This document shows, piece after piece, positions 50,401 through 63,913 of a stretch of DNA of 64,000 bases. The stretch comes from Mytilus edulis (Eukaryota). Positions within the stretch are counted from its first letter, which is position 1; each line of letters begins with the position of its first letter. Under the pieces are notes generated by a model, which saw only the letters and a program-made list of their open reading frames with translations, did no database searches and had not been told where the DNA came from. The stretch is from the NCBI RefSeq assembly GCF_963676685.1, contig NC_092349.1, positions 54,622,001-54,686,000 on the forward strand. The letters are read 5' to 3'. The position numbers and the translations under genes are program-made.

Positions 50401-51419
50401 CTCCTTCCAAATAACAATTTAAAAAAGTAAATTTGATATAGGGTGTCCTAAAAATATAGTGTTGGTTATCATACATGGTTAGTTATCATACATGGTTAGT
50501 TTTCATACATGGTTAGTTACCATATGGAGTTAATAAGGAGTTACTTCCCTTTCGAACAAAAAAAGATGCCACAATCCTTTATAAAAACAACACGGTGTTG
50601 AGGAATAATCTGAGAGGATTCAACAGACGAAGAAATTTATGATGCAAGGTTGAAATAAGTTCATAAAACATAAGCTGACAAGTTGTTATTGTTGACAAAA
50701 TGGAGTTACTTCCCTTTCAAAACAAACAAAAAAGAAATCTGAAAGGATTCAACTGACGAAGAAATTGATACACGTTAAGAACGATTAAAATACATTTATA
50801 CAATAAAATTAAGGCTTAAAAGTTGATATTGTTGGCATATTTTCTGTATAGACAAATGGTAGTTGAATCTTAATACTAAGTTTTGAAGACTTGCTCACTT
50901 TGATAGGCCGCTAGTCAAAACACCACATATGAAGATAGCCGGTAAGATAAATTCGTTACACGGTGTGCTTCGCTCTCACCCCATATGGAATTTACTGACC
51001 CCATATATTGTTTTTGGTCACGAAACACAGCATGTAACTAATAATGTTATCCTGTTGATTGTTACCCTTTAAACTAGCACGTTAAAATCCAGTTTTCAGC
51101 GTGGCGGTGCAGTTGAAAGTCTAGAAATCGGACACAAGTTCAATGAACTTCAATTACATTTACATTGATCAGGACTTAAATTGGTTTAATATCATACAGG
51201 AAATTCTACAGACAAGCGCATCCTGTAATTTATAGTACAATTCACTACAGGATATCACATTTATCAGATACAAACAATTAAAACTCAATTGTAATTACTT
51301 CCATGAACTATATATGCCTTTACAAAGTCAGGAATATCACTACATATTTATGGCATGAATGCTACCGGAAATAAAATAAGGAATACATCAGAAACAGTTA
51401 AGACTTCCTCATATATCTT

Positions 51420-51610
51420 AAGTTACATCTATACTTTGACAATGATGGTCGTTTGTATAACGATATACCGTTGCTTGTATTCTTTATCATGATTTGTTTT
51501 ATAAAGGTTTGCTGCTTAGAAGGAAATATGAAACCAAGAATTCTAAGTGTGTATATTTAAATTGTCTATTCGCAAATTTAAAGGACGTCATCAGGAGTTG
51601 GTCGACCTTA
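51420..51610 (+). mobile_element. Degenerate Penelope-like RT C-terminal fragment
   Basis: LHLYFDNDGRLY...KGLLL.RK...KFKGRHQELVD resembles the C-terminal part of the same RT family as 1380-1960. Confidence 0.45.
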
Positions 51611-51722
51611 ACAGAATATTCGTCTCACAATAATGTTCCAAATATTCTAACTACGATACCGCCCCTTTCCCCAATTTTGACATTCCGAATAAAAATTGTT
51701 ACTTGTTAACAATACAAACAAT

Positions 51723-54669
51723 TTTTGACTCACTAGAATGGACTTTCATGACGGAAACACTGAAACGGTTTGGATTTAAAAGTAGCTTTATCAGATGGGT
51801 TGAAACTATGTATAACGACATTAAGGGATGTATCTTAAATAATGGGTGGGTCTCAGGTCCGTTCAAAATATATCGAGGAATACGACAAGGGTGTCCGATT
51901 TCAGCGTTACTTTTTGTTATAACAGTAGAATTAATGGCAATAAGACTTAGAAGTAATAAAGACTTTAAAGGTATAAAAATTACATTAGATGGAAAATCTT
52001 GTAATTTAAAAATTTGTCAATTAGCTGACGATACAACACTTTTTCTTCAGTCAAGGAAAGAAATAAGTTTAGCTCTCAGTATAATTAAAACCTTTGGAAG
52101 TTTTTCAGGACTTAAGCTTAATAGAAATAAAACGGAAGGGGTATGGTTAGGACGACTAAAAAGTTCAAAAGATAAATATGAAAATATAAATTGGACCGAC
52201 AAACCAATCAAAAGCCTTGGAATATATTTTGGGTATGACAAAAAAGAGTGTCAAACATTAAATATTGAAAAAGTGTTGGACAAATTAACGAAACTTGTAG
52301 AAAGATGGGCAAAAAGAAAGTTAACACTACTTGGAAAAATATTAGTAGTAAAAGCTCTTCTTCTACCAAATATAACCTACATTGCTGCTAACAGTATCAT
52401 TACTAAAGAAAATCTACAAAATATAAATAAAATCTTATATAAATTCATTTGGAATGGAGGAAAAGATAAAATAAAAAGGTCAATAATAACAAAAAACTTC
52501 GCAGAAGGGGGGTTAAAAATGATTGATATAGAATCCTATATAAAATCTATACATTTAAAATGGATTATAAAAATATTAGAATCAGAAAATGCAAATTGGT
52601 CTGTATTATCAAAACTATACCTTAACAAGTTCGGAAAAAACCTTCTTATTTTCAAGATGAATGTAAATAACACAAAATTGCTAGATAAAAACATATAGAA
52701 CAGTACACCAACCTTCTCTCAAGAGATGATAAAAACATGGATAAATGTAAATAATTGTGAAAACAATCATCATGATCAAATCGATAATTATTTAGAAATC
52801 AGAAAACAAGTTATATGGGGAAATAAATTCATAAAATTTCAAGGAAAATGTTTGTTCTTTGATAACTGGATTGATAGTAACATACTATATATAAATGACA
52901 TAATAGATAAAAGAGGAAATATATCAGAAGAAATGATTACTTCAAAATTAAGAAATAAAAGGAATTGGATTTCTGAATACTCAAAACTAAACAAATCTAT
53001 ACCAAAGCAATGGACAGACAAATTAAAATCAGAAGAATCATTCAAAACAAAAGTCCACATCAACCGAACAAAAACTAAACTAAGAGATTGTAATGATGTT
53101 CTAACTATTAATGCTAAAAACATATACAATTTAGTATTAAGTGTGTCAAAAACAGAAATACCAATAGGATTTTTGAAATGGGAAAGAGTCTTAAGCAAAG
53201 GGAGACTAATAAATGAATTTAAAGACTCTATTAAATTTAATTTTGAATATCTTAAAGATAATAAAATAAAAATGTTAAGGTGGAAATTAATGCACTTTAT
53301 TTTGCCAAATGAGGTACTGCTTTTTCAGTGGAAAATTTCACAAAACAATTTGTGTTCATATTGCAATGAAATGGATAATTATAATCATTTTTTCATTACA
53401 TGTTCATATCATAAAACATTCTGGAAATCAATGAAAGTTTTACTCAAAAAAGTCTTCATAGGCGAACATGTAATAAGTCTTCATTCGTTGGTTATAGGAT
53501 ACAAAATTCATGACGATGCATATTATGCGCTAAATCATTTGCTTAGCTTAATGTTCTTTTCAATCTATAAAACACATTATGTTTCCAATAAAAAAACCAA
53601 AGCAGTAGACACATTAAAAAATTTTGAATATGAGGTAGAAAATACTGTAGAACTATATAGTATGACCAATATAGAGATCAGCAGTTTATTAACAAAGGTG
53701 TTGAATATTTTGAAGAATAATAATGAAGTCATTTTATAGTTAACTTAAGCTACATGTATAAAAAAAAAACAGATTCTATAGATCTAGATTATGTGTGATT
53801 GTATGTGATTTTTTCCCCTTTATTATAAATGTACTATACAAGTAATTATCTATAATTGCCATTCCTAAAGTATGAGTATGTATGAAAGTTATTGAAAGAA
53901 ATTTGTTTGTAAAATGTATCATGTGACACTGAACAAGTACGACTGTATGTGCAGAAGTTTGTTTGTTCAGTAATTATTACTGCAATGTATGAATGTTAAT
54001 GTGGGTAATTCAGATATAAATGAATATGTAGGTGTGTGTGTGTGTGTGTGTCTTTGTCAATATATAGGTATTTCGACACTTGTACGCTACATCTGTATGC
54101 ATTGTTTACAAAATTTGTCAGGTAAAGGTCACGACACGGTATTTATCTGGGTCAAATCAATAACAAATTTAATAAAGTGCAACTATGAAAAATATATTTA
54201 CACTCCAACTTACCTTTTCGCAATATTATTCAAAGCTTTTAAAACCACATAGAAATTAATAATCCAAATTCTCGAAACACTTCAAAAAATATTGTCCCAA
54301 CACGAGGAACAGAAAAGTCGTGTGAGGTCACTTGACCGCAATTCGTTTTTGATTAGTTAATAAAAGAACCCAAAAAGTCATTCCGGATGAATGATCAATT
54401 TCCGTAAAAATATTATTGTGTAGATATTTGTTTATGAATATATCAAAAAATACTTTTTGTGAAGATGCAAAGACTATTTGTAACAACTATAATAATAGTT
54501 TAATATGTGAATTAAACCAATGTAATTTATTAGTTAATTTTACTGAATATTATCCCTGGGTATTCAGTGGTAATTTAACAGGGAAACTTGATGAAATGCT
54601 GTACACCAAGTTTAATTGTTAAACAGCAATATGTGCAATAAAGAATCAATTATAGTGTTAAAAAAACAA
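51723..54669 (+). mobile_element. 5'-truncated L1/Tx1-clade LINE (RT plus CCHC finger, 3' UTR, A-tail)
   Basis: ORFs 51703-52698 and 52726-53739 are in the same frame, separated by one TAG. Motifs GIRQGCPISALLF, QLADDTT, SLGIYF and CSYC..D...HFF.TC. AATAAA at ~54637 is followed by an A-rich tail. TSD AACAATACAAACAAT at 51708-51722 and 54670-54684. Confidence 0.92.
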
Positions 54670-54940
54670 AACAATACAAACAATAGGTAGGTAATTCTGA
54701 AATGGAAACTGTCCTGAATGACAGTCGGTAATACATTGACTGTCACTTGAAAATGAGACTGAAGTGAGTTGGGACAGAAACCCTCCTGCCTTGCGACAGG
54801 CCACCTACATTTTTACACACCTCTCAAAGAAATGTTGCGAGCATTATTGACGTGCAAAGATGAGGCATCAGACATAACGTTCCCATACTGACCGGACGTG
54901 GCTGCGTACTTATTCATCTCGCACAGCTAAACGACATTAA

Positions 54941-55562
54941 GGGCATACGATACAGTTACAGGGGAGGTAATGACGTTGCTAACGTAAATTGTTTTTTTTC
55001 GCGACGTCAAACTACGACTTACTGGGAAAAGATTCAGTTTTCAACTGCTTTTTATCATTCAAACTTATCTAACTTGAAAACGAGTTCATGGACCCCTCTT
55101 TTTTAAAATGCCTTTTGGTTTGATTGCGCGAGAAGATTATGTGTGCCAATTTTCACGAAAACGCAAATAGTTCAATTTTTTTTAATTTTGATAAATGTAC
55201 AGCAATAAATGACGTTTTTTTTCTCAATTCATGACCATTTGATAAATATGAGTTATTTCTGAATAAAAAATGCATAAATTTTTAGAATACTTATAAAATA
55301 CAGAAATTTCAAAATATTTAACAAAAAACAATTTGTGTTTATATTTTAAAACAAAAAAGTTATGTCTTTCTTTCGAAAGGAAAAATACGGCCACAAGTAC
55401 GAGTTTTGAGCAAATATACAAAATTTCGACCTCATTTAACTCAAAAAGTAGCACATGGAGGTATATTTTTTATTACATATTTGATTTAATCAGACAAAAA
55501 TTAGCCTATATGTAAATATTCATCAAACTGTAAAAACAGGATCAAAACTGTATCGTATGCCC
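54941..55562. mobile_element. Kolobok-type MITE
   Basis: TTAA|GGGCATACGATACAGTT ... AACTGTATCGTATGCCC|TTAA. Confidence 0.88.
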
Positions 55563-58029
55563 TTAACAAGACAGTATCCGACGAAACAAACGATAAAACA
55601 TTGTCGCATAAAACCTACTGACATAATACTCCAACGACGCTAAAATAAAAAAAAAATGATGCACGTGTCCTTTTTTACCATAAAAAAATAACTCTACATT
55701 AAAAATACTGTTACCAGTGACATTTACATTTTTGTTCATCAACGATACAGTACCCTCACAATGCAAGAAGTGCAGAATGAGACAAAAAAACTAAAGCTTG
55801 AGAAAGAGTACCCCGACGACATAATATAATGTTGCATGCACGCAATAAAACGATACTCCAATGACACAAATAATTGAGGTAAAATGTGTCATACACGTCA
55901 ATGAGACAGTATACCAACGACATTAACAATGAAAATCTGTGGGACTTTCCCCAACGAGAAAGTGCATTAACGACCCAAGTAGTTAGATAGGGTGGCATTA
56001 ACGACAATTAGACAGTACTCCATCAACAGTAAAATGGTTTGGCGTATACTGCACTGAGACTCAAACAACACAAATGATAAAAAACAATGTTGTGGTATAT
56101 AAGTTTTTATTAAATATGTTCAAATCTGTCAAGGATACAGTACGGTTCGATATAAATAATAAACAGAGATGTGACATATATGAAAAGGAAACAGAATTCC
56201 AACGACACAAACTAAGTAATTATGTATCATACAACGTTCATACAAAAACTAAAAGATGTTGCAATTTCGTCAATAAGAGAGTACCCTTACAGTGAATTTT
56301 GAACAAAAGAGCTTGTGTGTCATCAAGGCAGTATCATACACTCAAATGCGACAGCGTAAGGTAGTGCGACGTAATCAGTCAAACAAACTTTATTAGATTT
56401 AACTCGTAAGGGAACGATCGTTTTCATTGGTCAATTCAAACCTTCGACCTCATACCTGCGAAAATAGATCACGCGTACTATAAGTTGAATGGACTGATCA
56501 GTATTCACGTAGTCGGTCAAGGTTGTTATAACCTTCCATCGTCGTATTCACGTACATGATTGTGTTCTTGATAGTAAAATTTTAAACTTTAAAATCTTAA
56601 CAGGTTTCACATCGAAATTTTTAATTATTCAAAAGTGTTCTCAGTTAGTTCTGAATTAAGAGATCTATCATTTTATTTTGATGGGAGGGGGGCATGTATG
56701 AAACATTTTGTTCCTTTTTTCTAATTGTAATCTCTGTCCTATCTTTTTATTTTTCAGTCTATTTGGTTCTTCCTTTTTTTGGTTAGTTTGTCCGGATTTT
56801 TTTTTACATAAATCGTCATCTGGTCTTTTTTGCCCATCCTGCCTTTTCATATCGTTCGCAAGTTTTAGGTATTCGACTAAGAAAATTGACACTCTGATAT
56901 TTTTCTGATTCAGTTTGAAAAAAAAAATCCGGAATTCTGAGTAAATTCAGAACATGTAACCAACCATACTTTGTTTAGAGAAAAATGAAGATGGCAAACC
57001 ATGGCACAGTGGAAGTAATGTACTTTATAAACTCCAGCGATATACTTCATGAATTTTATAATTAACCGTATTGCTATTCCGGTTGAAAAACGAACGCGTA
57101 AATTATCTATTGTAAATATTTAAATAGTTACATAGAAAACAATCAATTTTTAAAAGCGTGTTTATTCATTAAATGTATTGATAAAAAGGTCGGTCCCTTC
57201 TTGTACATGCATTCAGTCATCCATATCAGTAGTTTTTTAATATTTCGTTTCTCAGTTTATCTTACATAAATGATTTTGTATTTCATTTTAAATACGCATG
57301 CATACATTTGTACTAAACGTCACTTTGGGGGATAGTTCAACTATTCTTACGATATGAAATAAAAAGATAAGTTGTCAGCCAATTGAAAACGAAAAAAGTA
57401 CATTTATATTGTTCTTTATAAACTAGTCTTCGATATTTTTTACAAGTATTTATATTTTTTATTAGTTCCACCCATACAAAAGAAGAAAACTTCGGCAATG
57501 TAACATTTCAATCCTTTTTACACCAACATACCTTCACTGAATTCATTTGACCATGATAGTACATTGCATACTACGTCTTCATTCACGTGCACACCATGAT
57601 ACGATTATTGTTGCTTTGTTTCTATATTTCGGAGACAATTTGCTCCGTAAATGATACGTAATTTCTGAATGACCAAAAGTTTAGCTACTGTGTAACGTTC
57701 TGTCGGTGTGTTCGTTTTATAGCATGAAAACACTAAAAGAGGAATGTGCAACCCATCATAAACTATTGTAATTATTGTAATGGATCAGTATAATGAGATC
57801 CCTATTATAAGTAACTACGACATTGAAAGAAATTAAAAGTGTTTCCTTATAGAGGGGGGGGGGGGGGAGGGGGCAATACCCTTTTGTGTCCACCTGTTAT
57901 GGGCCTTTTTAAGGTGTTGTTAACTGTTATCTGAGGTCAATTTAAGCTGTTAATTAACTGCCCCCTCCCCCTCCAGCACACACACACTTTGTTAACTGTT
58001 ATCAGCATTTTTGCATTTTTTGTTAACTG

Positions 58030-59292
58030 TTTTTGTCAAAATCGAGATGTGTTCGAATGATGATTGATCAGCTAACATCACCAGATATGGATTTGACAAT
58101 GTCATTGATAGAACGATACGTGGTTTTGTTGTACGATCGAGCAAACTTATCAGATGGGATTAGCGAAGCAAGAAATAATGTGTTTTTGGAAGAGGAAATA
58201 CTTATTGAGGCTATTCCCACGACTCGGTCTTGTCTTTTTCAGCAAGTAAAACGTGCAATATACCATGGCGGATGTGAATGAGTAACAAGCTTGGTATTGG
58301 TTCCTTTTTTAACTAGTCCATCCCTTATGAATGGCGAAGGGGAAAATATTATCCATGACACACTTTTCAACAACTCTTTTGTGAGGCCTCTTAATCTTAT
58401 CAGGAACTTGTACATTATAGATGTAGAAAACAATACCACGATCTTTGTAAATTTGGAAAACAAGCTCTTCGATTGTGAGTAAACATGTATATGCGGTCAC
58501 GAATAAGTCATTCTAAAGATGTTTAACAACTTAAGTGATTTTATTTTGTTTTAATCAATTTATCCAAAACTCTACATCGAATATATATGGATTGAGGACT
58601 CATCTTTGTAATTTTCGCCATATTGATTTTTTACCGGAAGTGTTAATTTTGAATTTAATCATATGCAATTGACTAGAATTAGTGGTTTTGAGGATGACTT
58701 AAAGCCAAGAGTTAAAAGACAACCCCAAAAAATTCATTTAATTTACAGTTTGAAAAAAGTTGAATATAAAAATGAAAAATTATCAATATTTCTATGTCCG
58801 CCATATTGGATATTACCGGAAGTAAGGATTTGAAAGACATATGTCTTATACATTGTATCCATGAGAAGCACCAAAGAAAGGTTCCTGTACAATATAATGA
58901 TAGAAGCAATATTTTAAAACACATTTCAATTACCCTCCCTAAAAAAAGGCTTATTCTAGTAATATATCCGCCATGTTGGATTTTACCGGAAGTAGGGTTT
59001 TTGAAGACATCTTATCTATATCATATATCCAAAAGTAGTACAAAACAAAGGTTGATACCAAATATTATGTTAGTAGCATGATAATAACACCTTTTCACTT
59101 AATAGCCTTTGATATAGGGCTGATTTAAGTATGATGTCCGCCATTTTGAATTTTACCGGAAGTGAGACATTTTTTCAAATGCCTCCCTATCTGAAATGAA
59201 AGAGTAATAGTTGAGGAAGGTCTATCCCAAATTTCATGCTTGTAGCAGGATTTGCACAATTCGTCTGAAATATGTTTGTATCTGCCGGACTA
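58030..59292 (+). mobile_element. 3' relic of a probable Academ-type DNA transposon
   Basis: IERYVVLLYDR...EARN..F...IEAIPTT..L.Q.VKRAIY.GG plus a decayed Cys-rich tail. Four subterminal CCGCCAT.TTG.ATTTTACCGGAAGT repeats at ~175-bp spacing. Terminus ...GCCGGACTA (reads TAGTCCGGC on the minus strand). Confidence 0.55.
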
Positions 59293-59703
59293 TATACCTC
59301 TAGCCAATGTAAAAAAGTAAACGCATAACAATACGCACATTAAAATTCAGTTCAAGAGAAGTCCGAGTCTGATGTCAGAAGATGTAACCAACGAAAATAA
59401 ACAAAATGACAATAATACATAAATAACAACAGACTACTAGCAGTTAACTGACATGCCAGCTCCAGACTTCAATTAAACTGACTGAAAGATTATGATTTCA
59501 TCATATGAACATCAGGCACAAGGAATGTATCTCCCTCATGCAAAGCTCTCATTCCTTTCACGGATTTGGCTATACTTTTTGGACCTTTTGGATTATAGCT
59601 CTTCGTCTTATATTCTCCGTTTGCGGTTTCGAGAGTTATCGTTCGTTGTCGGAGTTGTCTTTCTTGTTATTAGGTGTCAAACCATTTCCGGTAGAATAAG
59701 AAA

Positions 59704-59790
59704 ATGGGGAAACCTAACTATTGTGCCATCAAAGACTGTCACAATAAGTCCGGAGATAATAATGTACACCTCATAGCAAGTTCAAGGTGA
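59704..59790 (+). pseudogene. THAP-domain N-terminal remnant (transposase 5' end)
   Basis: MGKPNYCAIKDCHNKSGDNNVHL..* resembles a THAP M-x-C-x4-C-x-N start, ~90 bp inside the left TIR. Confidence 0.55.
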
Positions 59791-60284
59791 CTTTAAGTGT
59801 CTGGCCTTCTCTATATATATAGGTTTTGTTGAATTGTAGACATTTATTCTGCGATACATGTATCACAATATTTCACATGTTCAGGATTGACAAGAAGTGA
59901 CATCATTGTTCATTGGTGAAGACTACTAGGTGTACTTTGAATGATATTGTGTATTTTGTTGTGTTGTCAGATAATTGTGGGGTCTCATGTACATTCATTC
60001 ACGTCTCAGTTTTTATAACTTTGCAAGTATACCAACACTGCATTGGAATGGGAATATACAATGCAAATAATAATAAAGGCAAACAAATGTCAGAAAATAA
60101 TTTTATGTCATTTACCGACAAAACATATTTTGATTTAATTCAATGTAAAAAAAATGTAGAAATATAATCTCAACAAATAAAATTTCAACTAACATGACAA
60201 ACAACAAAAATAATATGAATATATATATATTAATAACAAGAAAAAAAATGAAGAACTGCTTATTCACACTTGTATCAACAAATT

Positions 60285-60315
<31 letters not shown>

Positions 60316-62429
60316 ACAAAAAGCACCTGAACATTACTTAAGCTGAGATCATAAACATGACTAGTTACATGTACATGTAGGAATGAAATAGAGTTTACAA
60401 ATTGGTATGGTTTTGACAAGAAATGTATCTTCCAGGCTTAACCTTCATTTTATCAAAATTTTTACTAGAAATTATTTCTATAAGAATGTATGTCATTTTG
60501 ATATTCTGCAATAACTCAAAATGGATAGACTGTCATGACTCTAATGAAAATAAGGCCAAATAAAAATGACTCTAATGAAAATAAGGCCAAATAAAATTTT
60601 ATTTAGACTGTCATTTGCTTACCACTAGAACTTTATTAATTATGTATTTATAATACACATTTATTGTTTCAAATTATCATTTTGGCACTGAGAAAACAGG
60701 AGGGGAAGGGAATGAGGATTTAGAACTTCAATTTTATTAAGCCTTACTACATTTTACTTGTTATACATTTGTTATACTAAGAATTGTCACTCAAATCAAT
60801 CATCAACAGACTGATGACTTTGGCTACATGATACAATATGTGGAACCATATTCTCTTTATAGAATTCAATAAGCTTTTGTTCCATATTCTCCCAATACAA
60901 TTTGTCAAATTTTACTTCAACTGTGAGAAAATCATTCAAAAGGTAAATTACCAAATCACAATTCTCATATTTACAAATTCCCATTTGTCCTTGTATTTGA
61001 GAAAAATACTTGTGGGATTTTTTCAATTGCATATTGTTTTGTTCATCAATTTCAAGGAAAAAATCTTTGCTTGCACATGCCTCTCTGATTGTTTTCATTC
61101 TCCATTTCCATGGACATTTTATCTCTAGTACACATTTTTCCTCACCAAGCTTTGTGCACTTTTTAACAAGTCCATCAGGACTAGCACCAAGAAATCCAAA
61201 TTTGTCACATAAGAATATACCACATTCTTTTACAAAAAATTTTTCACCATATTTTAATCTTCTGTGAGCAATATATTTTTTTCTTGCTATCGGTTCATGC
61301 TTTCGTCCCCAAATTAATGGTGCCACATTGATTATCTTACCCGGCTTAGAAAAAGATTGCACTAATTTATCGACATCTGCTTTTTGCGTGAAACAATAGA
61401 GTGAAAATTTGAACTTGTTATTCTAAATTTTCTGGTATCAAACCAAAGTTGATTTTCAGATTGACCTAATGTTCTTTTTTCTATCTCATCAATTACTGTC
61501 TGAGGAATATTCACAAATTTGTCGAGCAGTATGGTCTCATTAATGGTTGGTTCTTTTTGAACAATTGACATAATGTCTATGTAGCTGTCAGATTCAAAGT
61601 GTAAATATTCAGAGGTCTCAACTTCTTCAAAATTAACTACATTTATGTCACTATTAATGTCATAAACTTCACAACTTGGGGCAACTAAATCAAAAATTGC
61701 TGGAGAATAATTCAAATTTCCTAATTTAGCTGTTAATAGTGATAAAAAATCCTGACCTTGGTCAGTAATGGATTTTTTCACAGTAAATTTATTTTTCTTT
61801 ACATTTGCACATGGTTCATTTCCACCATATTTTAACTTTTTGAAAGATATGTTTAGGACTTCTTGAGGATCTTTTTTCCTTTTACCTCCCTTATTCCAAT
61901 TACATGGTTTTGAAGTACATGCAGTATTTTCTTTTTCCTGTGCACATGCCTCAAGCTTGAAGAGAAGACCTGCGATATGGGTTCATCCTTCAACTAGGCT
62001 GAAAATAGAAATCAGAGTTATTGTTCATTTTAGAAGAAATGACAAGGGCAGTTAAGAGTCAGTAAAATCACAAACTGGTTTGAAGTTGAACAATAATGGT
62101 TTAAACCACCAGCAAGCTAAACTTTAACAACATTGTGTTTTGAATGGAAAGTTGTCTCATTGGCACTCATACCACATTTTCTTATTTATATTATGATTTT
62201 TGTAGCTCGCCTGACCATAAGGATAATGTGAGTAACATTAATGATTTTTGTTTGCTTTCACAATCACATGACCCCCCCCCCCCCCCCCCCTTTCCCTTTA
62301 AATCATGTATGTTTAACATGTCACTTGCATGTATTACATATTTCTTTTATCATGTCTTAATTTTTCATAAATTTAATTATCTGTTCATATTTTTCATTAT
62401 TTGGTATATATATGTATGGATTCATATAT

Positions 62430-62630
62430 GAGGGGGGATAGGAGGGGTCCTGATCTCGAAATCCCGGACTTAAAAAAACGAAATCCCGAGGTCCCGAATT
62501 TAAATAAAGTAAATCCCGACATCCCGAAATCCGAAAAAAAGGACTCCCGGATCCCGAAAGGGTCAATCCCGAAATCCCGAGCTTAAAAACACCCGATCCC
62601 GGAGTCACGATAAAGGTCCTATCCCCCCTC
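62430..62630. mobile_element. Sola-like MITE with internal ATCCCG repeats
   Basis: ATAT|GAGGGGGGATAGGA ... TCCTATCCCCCCTC|ATAT. Confidence 0.8.
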
Positions 62631-62746
62631 ATATATACATGTATGCTAAGCTAAGTTAAAGTGTCAACTTAACACTATAATCACTCTGGTAATGTCACTT
62701 GGGTTTTTGTGTAATTTGATGTTTGGCCTGTCAGTGTCACCTGTTA

Positions 62747-63018
62747 GGGAGCTACCATTTGATTTTTATGGGGAGGGGGGGGGGGGGGGCTATGATGAAA
62801 AATTTGTCCTGCTTTTTTTAGTTGTTACATGTATCTCAGCCCTGCCTTTTTATTTTTATTTTTTACTATATTTGGTCCTGCCTTTTTTTACAAGTTTATC
62901 CTGAGGTTTTTTGCACAGTTGCTCATCCTGCCTTATATTTTACTCAAAATTACTATCCTGCCTTTTTGTTTAAATTTCATGCTAGCTAGCCCCCCAAATA
63001 AATCAAATAGTAGCTCCC
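62747..63018. mobile_element. Zator/Harbinger-type MITE
   Basis: TTA|GGGAGCTACCATTTGATTT ... AAATCAAATAGTAGCTCCC|TTA, with internal ATCCTGCCTT repeats. Confidence 0.82.
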
Positions 63019-63869
63019 TTACTATATATTTTTTTAAAGCAAATTTGAATTATGGAGACAGGGATGGTTTTAAATAAAAGAAAGTCTTGTGTTGAAAACT
63101 TATAAGGCCCAACTTATAATGAAAGTGTTAAATAAAAAAAAACATACATACCCAGCTGGACAACTACAGTTGGCCTTGAAAACTACAACAGGTGTTTTCT
63201 TTGAAATTAAAATCCATTGTTGATATGGTCCCTGTTGTTTCATTGAAGGGTAACACTTTGATCTGATGTAACAACTTTCACAATCATCATCAATACTGTT
63301 TATCATTAAGTCATGAACATAGTTCTCTTTAAAAAAGTTATATCCACGGATGAACTGGCGATAGCATAACATTTGCTCATTGTCCCCAGTTCTGTGACTG
63401 CTGTGAATGAGAAAGGATTCCACATCCTGATGGGAAACAAGTGGCAGCAAAGATAGATCACTAGTCTACCCAGAGTTTAGTTCATTATAAGGGGGAATAT
63501 CAACATTGTCATTAGTGCAAGAGTGTTGAGAAACAAGAACTGTCGACAGTGACGCAGTCACACCATTGTTTGTTTGATTAGTTTCAAAGGCTCTTCGTGC
63601 AAGTTCGTCTTTATTCCCAGATATCTTTGCACTGCTTGATCGCAGGAATAATACTAAATCACTTTTCTTCAAAGTTAAAAAGTCCTCGACAGTAGTTTTA
63701 TCATTTATGTCTCCTATTTTCATTAGTTTACTGATTGTTTACACTCGTTACGGAAGAAAAGTAAGTGTCGTCACCTTCACGCAAGAAAGACAACTCCGAT
63801 AACGACCGATAACTCTGTATATCGAAAGTCGGGAATATATGCTTTGGATTTCAATTATTTTTGCCACGA

Positions 63870-63913
63870 GCATCACTGAAGAGACATGTATTGTCGAAAT
63901 GCGCATCTGATGC
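63870..63913 (+). ncRNA. Minimal type I hammerhead ribozyme (retrozyme/Penelope-associated)
   Basis: Stem I GCATCA/TGATGC, core CTGAAGA, stem II GACA-tgtat-TGTC, GAAA, palindromic stem III ATGCGCAT, cleavage triplet AUC (after 63907). Confidence 0.85.

Larger units (their letters stand above)
60796..63723 (-). pseudogene. SAP + SWIM + YqaJ/lambda-exonuclease-like nuclease gene (2 exons, disabled)
   Basis: Exons 63723-63152 and 61998-60796. SAP-like LKKSDLVLFLR...ISGNKDELARR, SWIM CSCPAG|LVEG*TH, CTSKPCNW, WFDTRKFRITSSNF, WGRKHE, FLGASPDG, VLEIKCP, YFSQIQGQM. Stops at 63466 and ~61984, frameshift at ~61380. Confidence 0.85.
59612..63836. mobile_element. ISL2EU/Kolobok-type DNA transposon (internally deleted), ~4.2 kb
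   Basis: Imperfect TIR ATTC-N16-AGAGTTATCG.TCGTT.TCGGAGTTGTCTTTCTTG at both ends, flanked by AT/TATA. It contains a THAP-like start (+) and a convergent SAP-SWIM-YqaJ gene (-). Confidence 0.8.

Noticed and set aside
57240-57400. ISRE-like GAAAACGAAA / TTTCGTTTC motifs
   Set aside because: Weaker match, no associated gene seen, and expected by chance in AT-rich DNA.
60796-61362. YqaJ nuclease as a phage or viral insertion or contamination
   Set aside because: The gene has a spliceosomal intron, SAP and SWIM domains, and sits within TIRs, so it is a eukaryotic transposon accessory gene.
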